A stretch of 64,000 bases of DNA from the human T2T-CHM13v2.0 reference genome, Homo sapiens. Position numbers and translations under genes: made by a program. Position 1 is the first letter of the stretch; each line of letters opens with the position of its first letter. The DNA lies in assembly GCF_009914755.1 (NCBI RefSeq), contig NC_060927.1. One strand, written 5' to 3'. The notes under the pieces are model-generated. The model searched no databases and was not told the origin of the DNA. It worked only from the letters and a program-made list of their open reading frames with translations. This document shows, piece by piece, positions 31,678-45,297 of the stretch.

Positions 31678-33542
31678 AGACAGTGTACATATCATATATT
31701 TTTGTTCATGTGTTCTTTCTGTGTCACTTCCTCTCATTCCATCTTTTTTTTTTTTTTTTGGCTATATTCTTTGCTTTGAGGACATGAGTCAATGTAAGAA
31801 AATGGCTTATTTATATATCCTTCCCTTTTTGCTCTTATGCAGTGTGAGTCCCTTAAAGTCCCTTAATCTTTATGAACATTCTTCTGTCTAAATAAGACCT
31901 TGTGCCATGTCACACGATGCTTCACATTAAAATTATACCTCTGCTAGACTGTAAAATTAAGGAAGTCAGAGTCCCTAATTTATTTTTTCTAAGTGTATCA
32001 GTGCAGTAATGATTTGAGTGCACAAAAATCCTACGGGTATTCAATAAAAAATTCTGTAACAATAAAGATAATTTCAAAAATAAAATTTCTGATTTATCAT
32101 TGTACCTTTGTATAATACCTGAATCACAGAATACTGTGACAGAGGGTAAGAAAATAGGAACTTTATGAAATATGCCCTGAGAGGACAGAATCAGAGTGGA
32201 AGTGATCAAAGAATGCATTGTTTATTAAGTAGAAAGCTTTCTCTAAGTGAGCCCACGTAGATTTCTTTCCCCATCACTGAGTTCTACACAGGGCCTCCGT
32301 GGCCCACCCAGAACTCAGTATGAACACTGGCCAGAGAGTCCAGTCTCATAATTTCAAAACCTTTCTGGCAGTTTTCACTTACTGATTTATCCTAATCACC
32401 AGCTCTTAACAGCAACAAAATGGTAAGAGGAACATAAAGCAAGATCAAAAGATACATATTCAATGCGAAACAGTGTAGCCTGTTAGCCCCAAGCAAGGAA
32501 TAAGTGAAGAACACTCTCCATTGTGTAGTAAAGTGTTTCTGGGAGGCTAATGTTGTTAGATGCAACCCTGCCCAAGGCAATGTTAAAAAAAAAAAAAAAA
32601 TCAACCACCCAACAAAGAAAACTAGGCTTGCACCTCATGTTCTTCCATGCAGCTCACCCAGGCTTTGTTCATCGGGGAGAAATCTAATATGATAAAGAAA
32701 GATTTGAAGAGATTAACAACCTTGCACCAAATATTAACTGACCCTTTCTATTATATCATTTTTGCCGAAATCATCCATTTTAAAACAACATAAAAGGTCA
32801 GATACTGGAGTTGCACAGGACTAAGATAGTGTAGAAAATAATATATTTCTTACAGTATCATTCTTTGCCATCCACTCGCAAGTGAACTACCTCACGTCTC
32901 TCCAAAATTGAGAAATGCAATTTCTCTTACGTTACTTCATAATACTAAGTCTGCTCACTCTACCTTTTTAAGAGGTGGTGCTCATCTGGGACCTAAATCT
33001 ACACAAAAAGACCTTACAGACATTCCTTCTCTGTCAGATGAAAAGTTAATAAGGATATATTGTAAACCAGAATTTTTCTAGACTTATCACACACACTTTT
33101 ACCTGTCATCCTCATAAAACATACAGCCATGGCAGGAGCACAGCGGTGGAAGAGAACTATTGCTTTGGCACTTTCATAGCAGGCACCCGTGTCAAATATA
33201 GGGCAGAAAATGTGTTTGACCATCAGCAAGCACTAGCCTGGAAGAGCCAGCTATACTCTAAAAGATTTTGAAAGTTTGACTTGGGTATAGGATAGTTAGC
33301 ATGATGAAGGCATTCATAGAACTCTTGGCTACAGAAGAGATATTTTTCAGTTTGACTAGGGGGAAAAAAAAAAAAACTGCCACAGCTGGTGATATACAGT
33401 CTGGGATAAAGAAACAAATACTGCCAGGCAATTCTTTGAGACTCTGTTCTAGCCACACAGTAGAAGCATGATGTGAGAGGACTAACTGCCGCAAAGACCT
33501 TCCAGCTTCTCCAGCAGTCTACTGACTGCCAGATATGGTCAC

Positions 33543-33976
33543 TTTCATGCGCGTCCGTGTGAAAAGACCACCAAACAGGCTTTGTGTGAGCAACATGGCT
33601 GTTTATTTCACCTGGGTGCAGGTGGGCTGAGTCCGAAAGCAGAGTCAGCGAAGGGAGGTAGGGGTGGGGCCGTTTTATAGGATTTGGAAAGGTAATGGAA
33701 AATTACAGTCAAAGGGGGTTGTTCTCTGGTGGGCAGGGGCGGGGGTCACAAGGTGCTCAGTGGGGGAGCTTCTGAGCCAGGAGAAGGAAATTCACAGGGT
33801 TAATCACTCAGTTAAAGTGGGGCAGGAACAAATCACAATGGTGGAATGTCATCAGTTAAGGCGGGGCAGGGCCTTTTCACTTCTTTTGTGATTCTTCAGT
33901 TACTTCAGGCCATCTGGGCATATACGTGCAAGTCACAGGGGATGCGATGGCTTGGCTTGGGCTCAGAGGCCTGACA
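33543..33976 (-). promoter_or_regulatory. HERV-H 3' LTR (LTR7 family, LTR7Y/type Ia-like)
   Basis: TGTCAGGCCTCTGAGCCCAAG...GACGCGCATGAAA; TATAAAA box and GAAATAAA polyA signal. The U3 segment CCACCATTGTGATTTGTTCCTGCCCCAC...GAGTGATTAACCCTGTG matches my recollection of LTR7Y. Preceded by PPT AAGAAGGCAGGAA (33977-33989). Confidence 0.9.
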
Positions 33977-35796
33977 TTCCTGCCTTCTTATATTAATAAG
34001 AAAAATAAAACAAAATAGTGTTGAAGTGTTGGGGCGGCAAAAATTTTTGGGGGGTGGTATGGAGAGAGAATGGGCGATGTTTCTCAGGGCTGTTTCAAGC
34101 GGGATTAGGGGCGGCGTGGGAACCTAGAGTGGGAGAGATTAAGCTGAAGGGAGGTCTTGTGGTAAGGGGTGATATTGTGGGGATGTTAGAAGAAACATTT
34201 GTCGTATAGAATGATGATTGGTGATGGCCTGGATACGGTTTTGGATGAATTGAGAAACTAAATGGAATAAGAGAAAGAGAAAAACAGGTATAAAAGGTCT
34301 AAGAATTGGGACGACTCAGGATATCTGATTAGAGAGTGCCTAAGGAGATTCAGCATAGTCCTGCCAGCAAAGATTATTTATTTACTTCAAGAGTTTAGAG
34401 TAGCAGTTTGGGGATAGCACCAGGAGATATCAGCTGTAATGGCTTGGAGAAACAGTGTAAACCGGCAGTGTAAACAAGAGCAGGGCATGTGTGAGTAGTT
34501 GAGAATGGTGAATAGGAGTATGACTAGACAGAAGATAGTAGGGATGACAAGTTTTTTTTGGGGGTACAGTCTAAGTTGGTCTGGTGTCTGGAATGAGACT
34601 GGGGCCTAATAAAAAGGAGTGTCTATACAGCAGCTCAAATGGGCTGTACCTTGTAGCATTCTGAGGACAGGTCTGACTTCTGAGAAGGGAAAGTGGTAAA
34701 AGTATTGTCCAGTCCTTTTTAAGTTGGTGGCTGAGCTTGGTGAGGTGTGTTTTTAATAGACCATTAGTCTGTCACTGAATACTAAGAACCTGAGAAAATG
34801 CTTGGCTGATTTGACTAATAAAGGCTGGTCTGTTATCAGACTGTATAGAGGTGGGAAGGCTAAACTGAGGAATTATGTCTGACAGAAGGGAATAAATGAC
34901 TGCGGTGGCCTTCTCAGACCGTGTAGGAAAGGCCTCTACCTATCTAGTGAAAGTGTCTACCTAGACTAAGAGGTATTTTAGTTTTTGTTACTCAGGGCAT
35001 GTTGAATAAAGCTAATTTGCCAGTCCTGGGTGGGGGCAAATCCTCGAGCTTGATGTGTAGGGAAGGGAGGGGGCCTGAATAATCCTTGAGGAGTAGTAGA
35101 ATAGCAGATAGAACACTGAGAAGTTATTTCCTTGAGGATAGATTTCCACAATGGAAAGGAAATGAGAGGTTCTAAGAGGTGGGCTAGTGGCTTATACTAT
35201 AGCATAGCCTGCCTTTGCTGGTGTGTGGTTATTAGGCCTGGTGGAACTGCCATTGATAAATCAAGTGTGATCAGGGTGAGGAACAGGAAAGAAGGAAATA
35301 TGGGGAAATGGGGTGAATATCAGGCGGATCAGAGAGATACAGTCATGAAGGTCAGGTGTGGTATCTGGAATAATGTGGGAGGCTGGATTGAAGTCCGGGC
35401 CAGGAACAATGGTAATTGTGGGACTTAAGGAAGAGTGAGTACAGCTGAAGGAGCCGGGGAGCAGAAAAGTATATGCGTCAGGTATGAGGAAGAAAATAGA
35501 TTTTGGAAGTTATGAAAAATGTAGAGTGAGTTGAACATAGTTTGTGATTTTGAGGGCCTCTAAAAGTATTAAAGCAGTGGCAGCCGCTGCACGCAGACAT
35601 GAGGGCTAGGCTAAAACAGTAAGGTCAAGTTGTTTGGACAGAAAGGCTACAGGGTGCGGTCCTGGCTCTTGTGTAAGAATTCTGACTGCACTAACCATGC
35701 CTAGGAAGGAAAGGAGTTGTTGTTTTGTAAGGGATTGAGGTTTGGGAGATTAATCGGACAGGATCAGCAGGGCGAGCATGTGTGTTTTTAAGAGAA

Positions 35797-36316
35797 TTAT
35801 GCCGAGATATGTAACAGATGAGAATGAAATTTGGGCTTGACTGAAGTAATGGGGTCTGTCTGTGAAGCCTTGCGGCAGTACAGCCCAGGTAATTTGCTGA
35901 GCCTGATGGGTGTCAGGGTCAGTCCAAGTGAAAGCGAAGAGAGGCTGGGATTAAGGGTGCAAAGGAATAGTAAAGAAAGCACGTTTGAGCTGCAGAACAG
36001 AATAATGGATTGTGGAGGGAGGTATTGAGGATAGGAGAGTATATGGGTTTGGCACCATGGGGTGGATAGGCAAAACAATTTGGTTGATAAGGCATAGATC
36101 CTGAACTAACTTGTATGGCTTGTCTGGTTTTAGGACAGGTAAAATGGGGGAATTGTAAGGAGAGTTTATAGGCTTTAAAAGGCCATGCTGTAGCAGGCGA
36201 GTGATAACAGGCTTTAATCCTTTCAAAGCATGCTGTGGGATGGGATATTGGCATTGAGCGGGGTAAGGGTGATTAGGTTTTAATGAGATGGTAAGGGGTG
36301 CATGATCGGTCGCCAA
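35797..36316 (-). pseudogene. HERV-H pol, N-terminal reverse transcriptase fragment (disrupted)
   Basis: QYPI...SPYNSPILPVLKPDKPYKLVQDLCLINQIV...VPNPYTLLS...AFFTIPLHP RT motifs, then a stop at 35951-35953; further broken pol sequence follows. Confidence 0.88.
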
Positions 36317-36340
36317 GGAGGGAGTAGAGATATCTTATAC

Positions 36341-36694
36341 TTATGGATTAAGGTGGGGGAATACAAGAGGAGGATGCAAAGGAGGCTTTGGATTGGGAAG
36401 AAGGGCAGCAATGAGATGCAGCTGTAATCCAGGAATAGTCAGGGAAGCAGATAATTTAGTTAAAGTATCTCGGCCTAATAAGGGAACTGGGCAGGTGGGG
36501 ATAACTAAAAAGGAGTGCTTAAAAGAGTACTGTCTAAGTTGGCTCCACAGTTGGGGAGTTTTAAGAGGTTTAGAAGCCTGGCCGTCAATACCCACAACAG
36601 TTATGGAAGCAAGGGAAACAGGCCCTTGACAAGAAGGTAATGTGGAGTGGGTAGCCTCCATATTGATTAAGAAGGGGAAGGACTTACCTTCCAC
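36341..36694 (-). pseudogene. HERV-H protease remnant (catalytic Asp lost)
   Basis: FLINMEATHSTL in place of the DTGA motif; PVPLLGRD motif present; ends in a stop. Confidence 0.85.
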
Positions 36695-36760
36695 TGTGAG
36701 AGTTACCTGAAGCTCGGCGTCCGTGATGGTCTACGGTGTTTCCGAGGCAATTAGGCAGCA

Positions 36761-37967
36761 TCAGTCTTCAGCCGCTAAGCCAAGAAGATCTGGGAAGGAG
36801 TCAGAGAGCCTTGGGCCAGAGTTCCAGAAGCTATGGGAGTGGCTGCCAGGTGAGTTGAACAGTCCGATTTCTAGTGGGGTCCCGCAGAGATGGGACGTGG
36901 CTTAGGAGAAATCCTGGGCTGCAGGCATTCCTTGGCCTGGTGGTCAGATTTCTGGCACTTGTAGCAAGCTCCTGGGGGAGGAGGTTCTGGAGGAACGCCT
37001 GGCCGCTGCGGTTCAGGCATTTGGAAGTTCTTGTGTGCTGGAGATGTGGCTGGGGTTTGTCTCACAGTGGAGGCAAGGAATTGCAACTTTTTTCTGTTAT
37101 TGTACACCTTGAAGGTGAGGTTAATTAAGTCCTGTTGTGGGGTTTGAGGGCCAGATTCCAATTTTTGGAGTTTTATTTAATGTCGGGAGCAGATTGGGTA
37201 ATAAAATGTATATTGAGAATAAGACGGCCTTTTGACCTTTTAGGGTCTAGGGCTGTAAAGCATCTCAGGGTTGCTGCCAAACGAGTCATGAACTGGGCTG
37301 GGTTTTTATATTTGATGAAAAAGAGCCTAAACACTATCTGATTTGGGATAAACAAAAAGGAGCATTAACCTTGACTATGCCTTTGGCTCCAGCCACCTTT
37401 TTAAGAGTAAATTGCTGGGCAGGTGGGGGAGGGCTAGTCACCGAACGAAACTGTAAGCCGGACCAGGTGTGAGGAGGGGAGGCAATAAAAAGATTATAGG
37501 GTGGAGGAGCAGAGGCTGAGGAAGAATTGGGACCTAGCTTGGCCTGGCGAGGAGGGGAGAGGTCAGATAGGTCTGTAGAAAAGGAAGATTAGAAAGACTC
37601 AGCAACGCTTGGGGTTGGGACTGAGGCGACAGGCGGGAGGGAAAGAAGGAAGATTTGGGACGAGTTGCACTGGGCACAGAGACTAGGAAGGGACTGATGT
37701 GTAAAAGAATGCCTGGACGTCAGGCACCTCAGACCATTTGCTCATTTTACAACAAGAAATATTTAGATCTTGTAGGATGGAAAAATTGAAAGTGCCGTTT
37801 TCTGGCTATTTGGAACTACTGTCTAGTTTGTATTGGGGTCAAGCAGCATTGCAGAAGAAAATAAGGCATTTGGGTTTTAGGTCAGGTGTGAGTTGAAGAG
37901 GTTTTAAGTTCTTGAGAACACAGGCTGAGGGAGAAGGAGGAGGAATGGAGGGTGGAAGGTTGCCCAT
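36761..37967 (-). pseudogene. HERV-H gag (disrupted)
   Basis: Start MGNLPPSIPP... at 37967 with a premature TGA at 37839-37841; CCHC knuckle CYKCQKSDHQAKEC in ORF 36871..37161; terminal GLAAED-stop at 36761-36763. Confidence 0.88.
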
Positions 37968-38058
37968 AGTGAAGGAGGCAAACCTAGAGAAAAGAGAGCA
38001 TAGAGACACGGAGGGAAGGGGTTCGGGGGTTCTTACCCTCCAGAAAAGCGGGAAGGGG

Positions 38059-38256
38059 GGTCGGGGCATGGAAATAAGGGATTGGGGCACAGAGATAAGA
38101 GGATGGGGTGCGGAAATAAGGGATTGGGGCACAGAGATAAGAGGTCGGGGTGTGGAAATAAAGGATTGGGGCACAGAGATAAGAGGTAGGGGTGAGGAAA
38201 TAAGGGATTGGGGCACAGAGATAAGAGGTCGGGGTGTGGAAATAAGGAATTGGGGG
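38059..38256. repeat. 42-bp tandem repeat, about 4.5 copies, in the HERV-H leader
   Basis: Unit ggaaataagggattggggcacagagataagaggtcggggtgt starting at 38070, 38112, 38154, 38196 and 38238. Confidence 0.92.
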
Positions 38257-38298
38257 TTCTTGCCCCCTAGAAAAGTGGGACTTGCTGCTAAGGGTGAA

Positions 38299-38525
38299 GG
38301 AGAAGGGGTTGAGGGGTACTTGCTCCTCCCCCAGAAAAGCAGAGAAGGGGTAGAGACAAGGAGAGAAGGGGTTGGGGTACTTGCCCTTTCCCCAGAAAAG
38401 CAGAGAAGGGGTAGAGACAAGGAGAGAAGGGGTTGGGGTACTTGCCCTTTCCCCAGAAAAGCAGAGAAGGGGTAGAGACAAGGAGAGAAGGGGTTGGAGT
38501 ACTTGCCCCTTCCCCAGAAAAGCAG
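38299..38525. repeat. 61-bp tandem repeat, about 3.7 copies, in the HERV-H leader
   Basis: Unit agcagagaaggggtagagacaaggagagaaggggttggggtacttgccctttccccagaaa; near-identical copies. Confidence 0.92.
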
Positions 38526-38832
38526 GTCTTGCCGCTAAGGGTGAAGGACCAAGGCAGGCATCCCTGCGTGGTCTGACACCCTTGAAACATGGGTGAATAA
38601 TCAGAGAGGCTTCCCTGCATTGATTAAACACCAAGGGAAGGCTGCCTTCCCAGTCTGTGACCGGCGCCGGAGTTTTGGGTCCACGGATAAAACGTGTCTC
38701 CTTTGTCTCTACCAGAAAATGAAAGGAATTGAAATTAAGAGAAGGGAGAGATTGAAGTGTGGCGCCAAGATTGAAAGGAGAAAGAGGTTGAGGGATAGTG
38801 AGGGAGGTTGGAGAAGAGTGTAAAAAGAGGCC

Positions 38833-38841
38833 GCTTACCAG
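38833..38841 (-). promoter_or_regulatory. HERV-H major splice donor
   Basis: AAATCTG|GTAAGC at 38839/38838, about 145 nt downstream of the 5' LTR. Confidence 0.75.
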
Positions 38842-38964
38842 ATTTGAAATTGGTGAGATATTTCTTGGGCTGGTCGGTCTGAGGACCTGAGGTCATAGGT
38901 GGATCTTTCTCACGGAGCAAAGAGCAGGAGAACAGGGGATTGATCTCCCAAGGGAGGTCCCCCG

Positions 38965-38982
38965 ATCCGAGTCATGGCACCA
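38965..38982 (-). other. Primer-binding site complementary to tRNA-His
   Basis: TGGTGCCATGACTCGGAT matches 17/18 of TGGTGCCGTGACTCGGAT, 2 nt downstream of the 5' LTR. Confidence 0.92.
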
Positions 38983-38984
38983 AA

Positions 38985-39414
38985 TTTCATGCGCGTCCGT
39001 GTGAAGAGACCACCAAACAGGCTTTGTGTAAGCAACATGGCTGTTTATTTCACCTGGGTGCAGGTGGGCTGAGTCGGAAAAGAGTCAGCGAAGGGAGGTA
39101 GGGGTGGGGCCGTTTTATAGGATTTAGGAAGGTAATGGAAAATTACAGTCAAAAGGGGTTCTCTGGTGGGCAGGGGCGGGGGGTCACAAGGTGCTCAGTG
39201 GGGGAGCTTCTGAGCCAGAAGAAGGAAATTCACAGGGTTAATCACTCAGTTAAGGTGGGGCAGGAACAAATCACAATGGTGGAATGTCATCAGTTAAGGC
39301 GGGGCAGGGCCTTTTCACTTCTTTTGTGATTCTTCAGTTACTTCAGGCCATCTGGGCATATACGTGCAAGTCACAGGGGATGCGATGGCTTGGCTTGGGC
39401 TCAGAGGCCTGACA
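38985..39414 (-). promoter_or_regulatory. HERV-H 5' LTR (LTR7Y-like)
   Basis: Manual alignment to the 3' LTR gives 8 substitutions and 3 small indels; TATA box intact. Confidence 0.92.
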
Positions 39415-41543
39415 GTCACTGTCAATAGAAACAGTTTTGGAGTTGACTATAGGACAGTTGGCTCCGGACTGCCAGAATCAAACAGGCACTGTCACTGAGA
39501 AATGGTAGGACAGGTAGTAAATATCTTCCTTTGATCGACAGTAAGTTTTATTCTCTCTGATTTGTGCCTAACAGAAGGTATTTCCAGATACTTCTGAGCT
39601 CATAAATTTTCACTGAGACATGAGTTAATACCTCATTTCCATCAATGGCATTAGAGTGTTCAAAGGTTTATTTAGAATCACTTAATAAATGTTAATTTCA
39701 AAATATCTTCATTTTTGAAGCTTAGACTTATCCTCTGCAAAAGTAGATTTTCATAAAGTGATATGGTTTATCACCTTAGTAGTCTTTTTTTCCTTTTCCT
39801 TTCTTCTCCCCCTTTTAACACTCATTTTTTGCCATAGGTTATGAAAAATTTGTTTAGTATATTATTGCACAGATTTGCAAGACCATGTTTCTTTTCCGTT
39901 TCATTAATTCTGCTAATTTATCATTTAATTTGGCTAATGACACTTATTCCGTTTTTACTACTCTTCTGACAAAAGTTTTCTAATGAAAGAGATATATTAG
40001 CTAGCTGTTTTGAAATGTTCTCAACAAGGTTAAGATGGTCCCTGTAATAGATGTTGGAACAAAATCAAGGGGACCCTAGCCACAAGGTGGAGGCATGTGA
40101 AAACCACTCTGCTTCTGCTAGCCTGCACTGAATTTTCAGAGGCAAAGGTAGGGAGACAATAGAAGGTTTAGGTAGGTAGGACAGCTCCTTCTCCAGCATG
40201 TAAAGATAATTACTCAATGGGATTAACCTGGACAGAAGCCATGTGTTCTTGATGAGGCCTGCTTTCTTTCAAGGGTAAAGCTTCTTAGCTGAATAACAAA
40301 ATTGAAAGTTTTATTTTAACCTGGAATGCTAAATAGCTATAACAGAGAAATTAGAGTCCTAAAAATGCTTTTTGTGTGGAAGTTCAAGATTAGTACAGGG
40401 ATTCTCCTTAGAAATGTGTGTCTTGGGACTGCAACTAATCAAAACCAATCATGTTTTTAATAATAAAGAGTATGATTGTGTGCACCTCAATAAAAGGACG
40501 CATAAGTATGATACAGGGCAGGAGGGGAGAGAACAGAATTCAGCCTGGCTACACAGTTTAACATAGCCAGCTAGTACATCCTTTTTCTAGAACTCAAAGG
40601 AAGGGTGTGGAGATGGGCAATGAGCTTGCGAATGACTATGATAATAAAACTAATAAATGATCTATAAATTAGTATCACTCACAATCTGAAAAAGAATCAT
40701 TCATTTAACAATCAGATGTTACAATCCCTACTCAGTCCTTCAGTATTTTAATAGATGGCTCTTTTGGTCCATGGCTCACACACATCTTAAAGAATTTGGT
40801 AGCATAGGAACCAGCCTAGGAAGTGTGCAATTGGAAAGAGTGGATCTGGTGGCATCCACAGGCAGGTTTAGGATCTCCTGAGAATTAACAATAACTGGAT
40901 AAGGAAGTGGGGAACGAGTTTGGTATGAAAATAAAATTAGGTGAATTAACTACACTGTCTCCCCAGGGAAACTTCTCACAAATGCGTTGGCTACCCTACC
41001 CAACAATACTGTTATCTGCCATGAATTTGCCCTTTTTACATTTTGAATCTCAGTGTTGCAGACATAATCCCTGAAAATTCTGTGGCTCTGACAGGAGATT
41101 GCAAAATATTCTCTTAAGTACTAATGAGTTCAAGCTTTTGGAATTCCAGTACTCATTTTTTTTTTTTTAGTAGATTCAGGCAGATGGAAAAAGACAGAAA
41201 TGTATCTACAACAAATAATAAGTAAGGAAAGCATAAGAGAAATATGAGGCAGAGAGAAGGATGCATACACAAACTCTGTGAGAAACAGTGAGAAGTGAAG
41301 AGAGAGAGTAACAGTGTGGCTACAGAGCACCTACTAAAGAATCAGATAAAAAGAGATGATAAGAAAAGCCAAAGAAAATTCTCTAATAGACATTCAGAAT
41401 TTTTTTTTTAAGTAGGAGATTTAGAAAAAAAGAATAAGAATGTTTGTATTTGGCCATGTTAAGTCATTCTCTCTCTTTATCCCAAGTCACACCCTACCAT
41501 TCATCCTCTGTAAAACAACAAACTTGAGGGGATAGGCAAATGA

Positions 41544-41911
<368 letters not shown>

Positions 41912-42198
41912 CTTTGCCCTATATTTTATGATACTTGTTACACACTGTTGTTGATACTGTCATTGCTATTGTTTTTATTATTACTGATATTATTATATTT
42001 ACTACTCACAAAAACAAAATGACAAAGAATGGATATGAGACTGTTTTTTCTGAAAAGAGTGGATCAATAATTGCAAGCTACAAAGAGCAATGAGGAGAGT
42101 CTCAGGAATACTCGGAGGATTAAAACACTGATTGAAGCATGATTTACTGAATTTAACTTCTAAATGGGAGACATGGAAATAGAAGACTATGTTGAAAA

Positions 42199-42484
42199 TG
42201 TTGAACTTTATTTAAGCCCTGTGCTTCCAGGAACCAAGGATTGCTAAGAAATCCCCCACCCTTTTGTGTTCCAGAAAATGGCTAACCAACCAAAGGACCC
42301 CAGCGTCCTCACATAACATGTCTCAATCCTTCCTCATCATTCCTATAGACTCCAAAGACTCCCTATACCTATAGCACCCCATGCTCCCTTCTTTCCTGAG
42401 GTATTCTTCACTAATGAATATCCTTATTGCAAGAGCCTGAGTAAGAACATTTTGGTAACTATCTGGTGCCTTCGGTTTTTCACA
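42199..42484 (+). mobile_element. Possible ancient solo LTR (family uncertain)
   Basis: TG...CA termini (tgttgaactttatttaagccctgtgc ... tttttcaca) resembling old ERV1-type LTR starts. Confidence 0.35.
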
Positions 42485-44601
42485 TCCTGTATCTCAAAGC
42501 TCTCTGTGCTAGCTTACCCTGTGGAACAATGGGCTGGGAGCAGTGTCCAGAGCAATCCTAGGCAGTACATGGGTTGGAAGGAAGAAGAAAGAAAGGGAAG
42601 TTTTTATTCTTATTTGTGTTGTATAAGGAACAAGGTCTGTTCATTACATTATCCCTTATTTCACAAAATGTATGCATTCCAGAAATGCTTTTTTTTTTTC
42701 CCCTGGGGACTTAGGGACAGCTATTAGAAAACCAGAGAGCCTTGGGTATAATAAAATCCTGAGATGTAATAAAACCAGACACTTAAGAAAGCAGTAGTAC
42801 TACTTTTTACACTCACATATTTAAGAGAAATACTAACGTTGCTTTTATAAAACACAGTAGTATTCTTAACATTTATAATCTTGTGATATCCACTAAATAA
42901 ATCTCACAATGAAAGCACTGAAAGTGAATCCCTTGGGTAGATTGTAGACTCTAATAGGTCTGCCTACACTTTGGATCATTCCTCCATGTAAGTCATAAAG
43001 TTAGGAATTTCACATTCCTTATCTATTTAGTTCAGCTATTATGTCAGTGGGATGCAAAGTCCCCTACATTTTACAATGTTTTCCATTTATTTTATGCCAC
43101 TGGGTTAACAGTTGAGTATGGCAGCTCTTAGAATCTAGAATAATTTGCAAATGTAGATGCTTTTCAATAGGATTTTATGAAGTGGAATTGTTTTGCATGT
43201 TATTCACCTTTTTATAATTGTTTGCAGGTTTTGTAGGTTTTTGGAAACACTTAAAATGGAATTTTTAGTCTAGCTCAGGTTTTATGAAATTATAAAATGA
43301 AAACTAAATATGGCTTACATTTGGGGAATTTATTTTTTCTTGAAATAAGCCAATACATTTGCATTACTTTCAATGCAGAATGAAGACAGCAAAGCTGAAA
43401 GGGGCTTTAATAATAAAGGGTAAAGGCCAGAATTTGTTGAGCGTCTATTTTGTGCCAGCACAGCTCAAATATATTTACATGTGTTGTCAGGTTTAATTCT
43501 CACAACAGCCTATGTAATGTAGGTACCCTAATGATCCCCATTTTTCAGAAAAGAAAAGTGAGTCACCGGTCAATTATTTGCTCAAGGAATTCTAGTCAAT
43601 AAATGGTAGCACTGAGAATGGAATCTAGTCTGTCCTGAACTGTTTGCTCTTACATCTGCATAGGGCTATAATCCTGGAACCTCTCTTTACCTCTGTCCTG
43701 TGTTCAGTCTCCTTTCTTCTCTTGTCCATTTCTTTTTCTTTTTCTGTTTATTTAATTATTTTGGTAGAAAACATCCTCCAGTGACTTCTTAAGATTTGTG
43801 AGATAGAAATTATTTTATGAATTTTGTATCTATCAATTAAAAGTGAAGGCAAAAAACAAAAAACAAAACAAAAAAAACTTTGTTGAGTCGAGAACCCTAA
43901 ATTAAAAAGCATTTTCCTATAGAATTTTGAAGACATTTTCCCATTAACTTCTAAATTCCAGTATTGCTATTGAGAAGTCCAAAATGATTTCTGGTCCTTT
44001 GAGTATGACTTTTTTTGTTGTTGTTTTTTGTTTCTTTTTTTCCTACTTGGATTTTTCTTGGTTCTTCTCCTTATCCCATTATTCTGAAATTTTATACTTA
44101 AATGTCCGTAGGGCGGCTTCCACCCCTTTCAATCCTTTCAACCTGGAAACTTATATTCAGTTCAGGAAAGTTTTATTGAACTATTACATTGTTAATTTCC
44201 TCTCATTTTTTTTTTCTTTTTTTTTCTTCTGTATTTATTATTAATTGGATGGTAGACCTCCTGGACTGGTCCTATAATATATTTTTTTCTTCTATTTTCC
44301 TTTTTTTTTTTCTTTTGGCTCCATTTCGTGAGACATTTTCTCAGCTTTTATATCATTATGTCTATTGGGTTTTTTATTACTACCGTCATGTTTGTAATTT
44401 CCAGCATCTCTCATTTCACGGGTACAATATCTTCTCTTGTCTAAGAATACTAATAATCTTTAAAAATTTTCTTCTGCTCAAATCCTTCTTTTTCTGCAAG
44501 TTGTCATTATCATTTGTTTATTTGGTTTCTTTCATGTTAGAGGCATTCCTTAGGTCTCTGGAACTCTTCATATGCAATTCATATTTAAAATGAGTAACAA
44601 A

Positions 44602-45297
<696 letters not shown>

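Larger units (their letters stand above)
33543..39414 (-). mobile_element. HERV-H provirus, 5872 bp, common internally deleted (env-less) form
   Basis: Two ~430-bp LTRs, 5-bp TSD GTCAC (33538-33542 and 39415-39419), tRNA-His PBS, PPT, and gag/pro/pol remnants. Confidence 0.97.

Noticed and set aside
38059-38525. Regularly spaced repeats superficially like a CRISPR array
   Set aside because: Head-to-tail tandem units without unique spacers, no cas genes, and a eukaryotic retroviral context.
37839-38634. Longest ORFs in the track (187-216 aa, both strands)
   Set aside because: They translate the 42-bp and 61-bp tandem arrays in the HERV-H leader; repetitive peptides with no protein-family motif apart from the short gag N-terminus.
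44189-44593. 134-aa hydrophobic ORF resembling a membrane protein
   Set aside because: T-rich decayed L1M-like sequence giving F/L/S-biased codons; no supporting gene structure.
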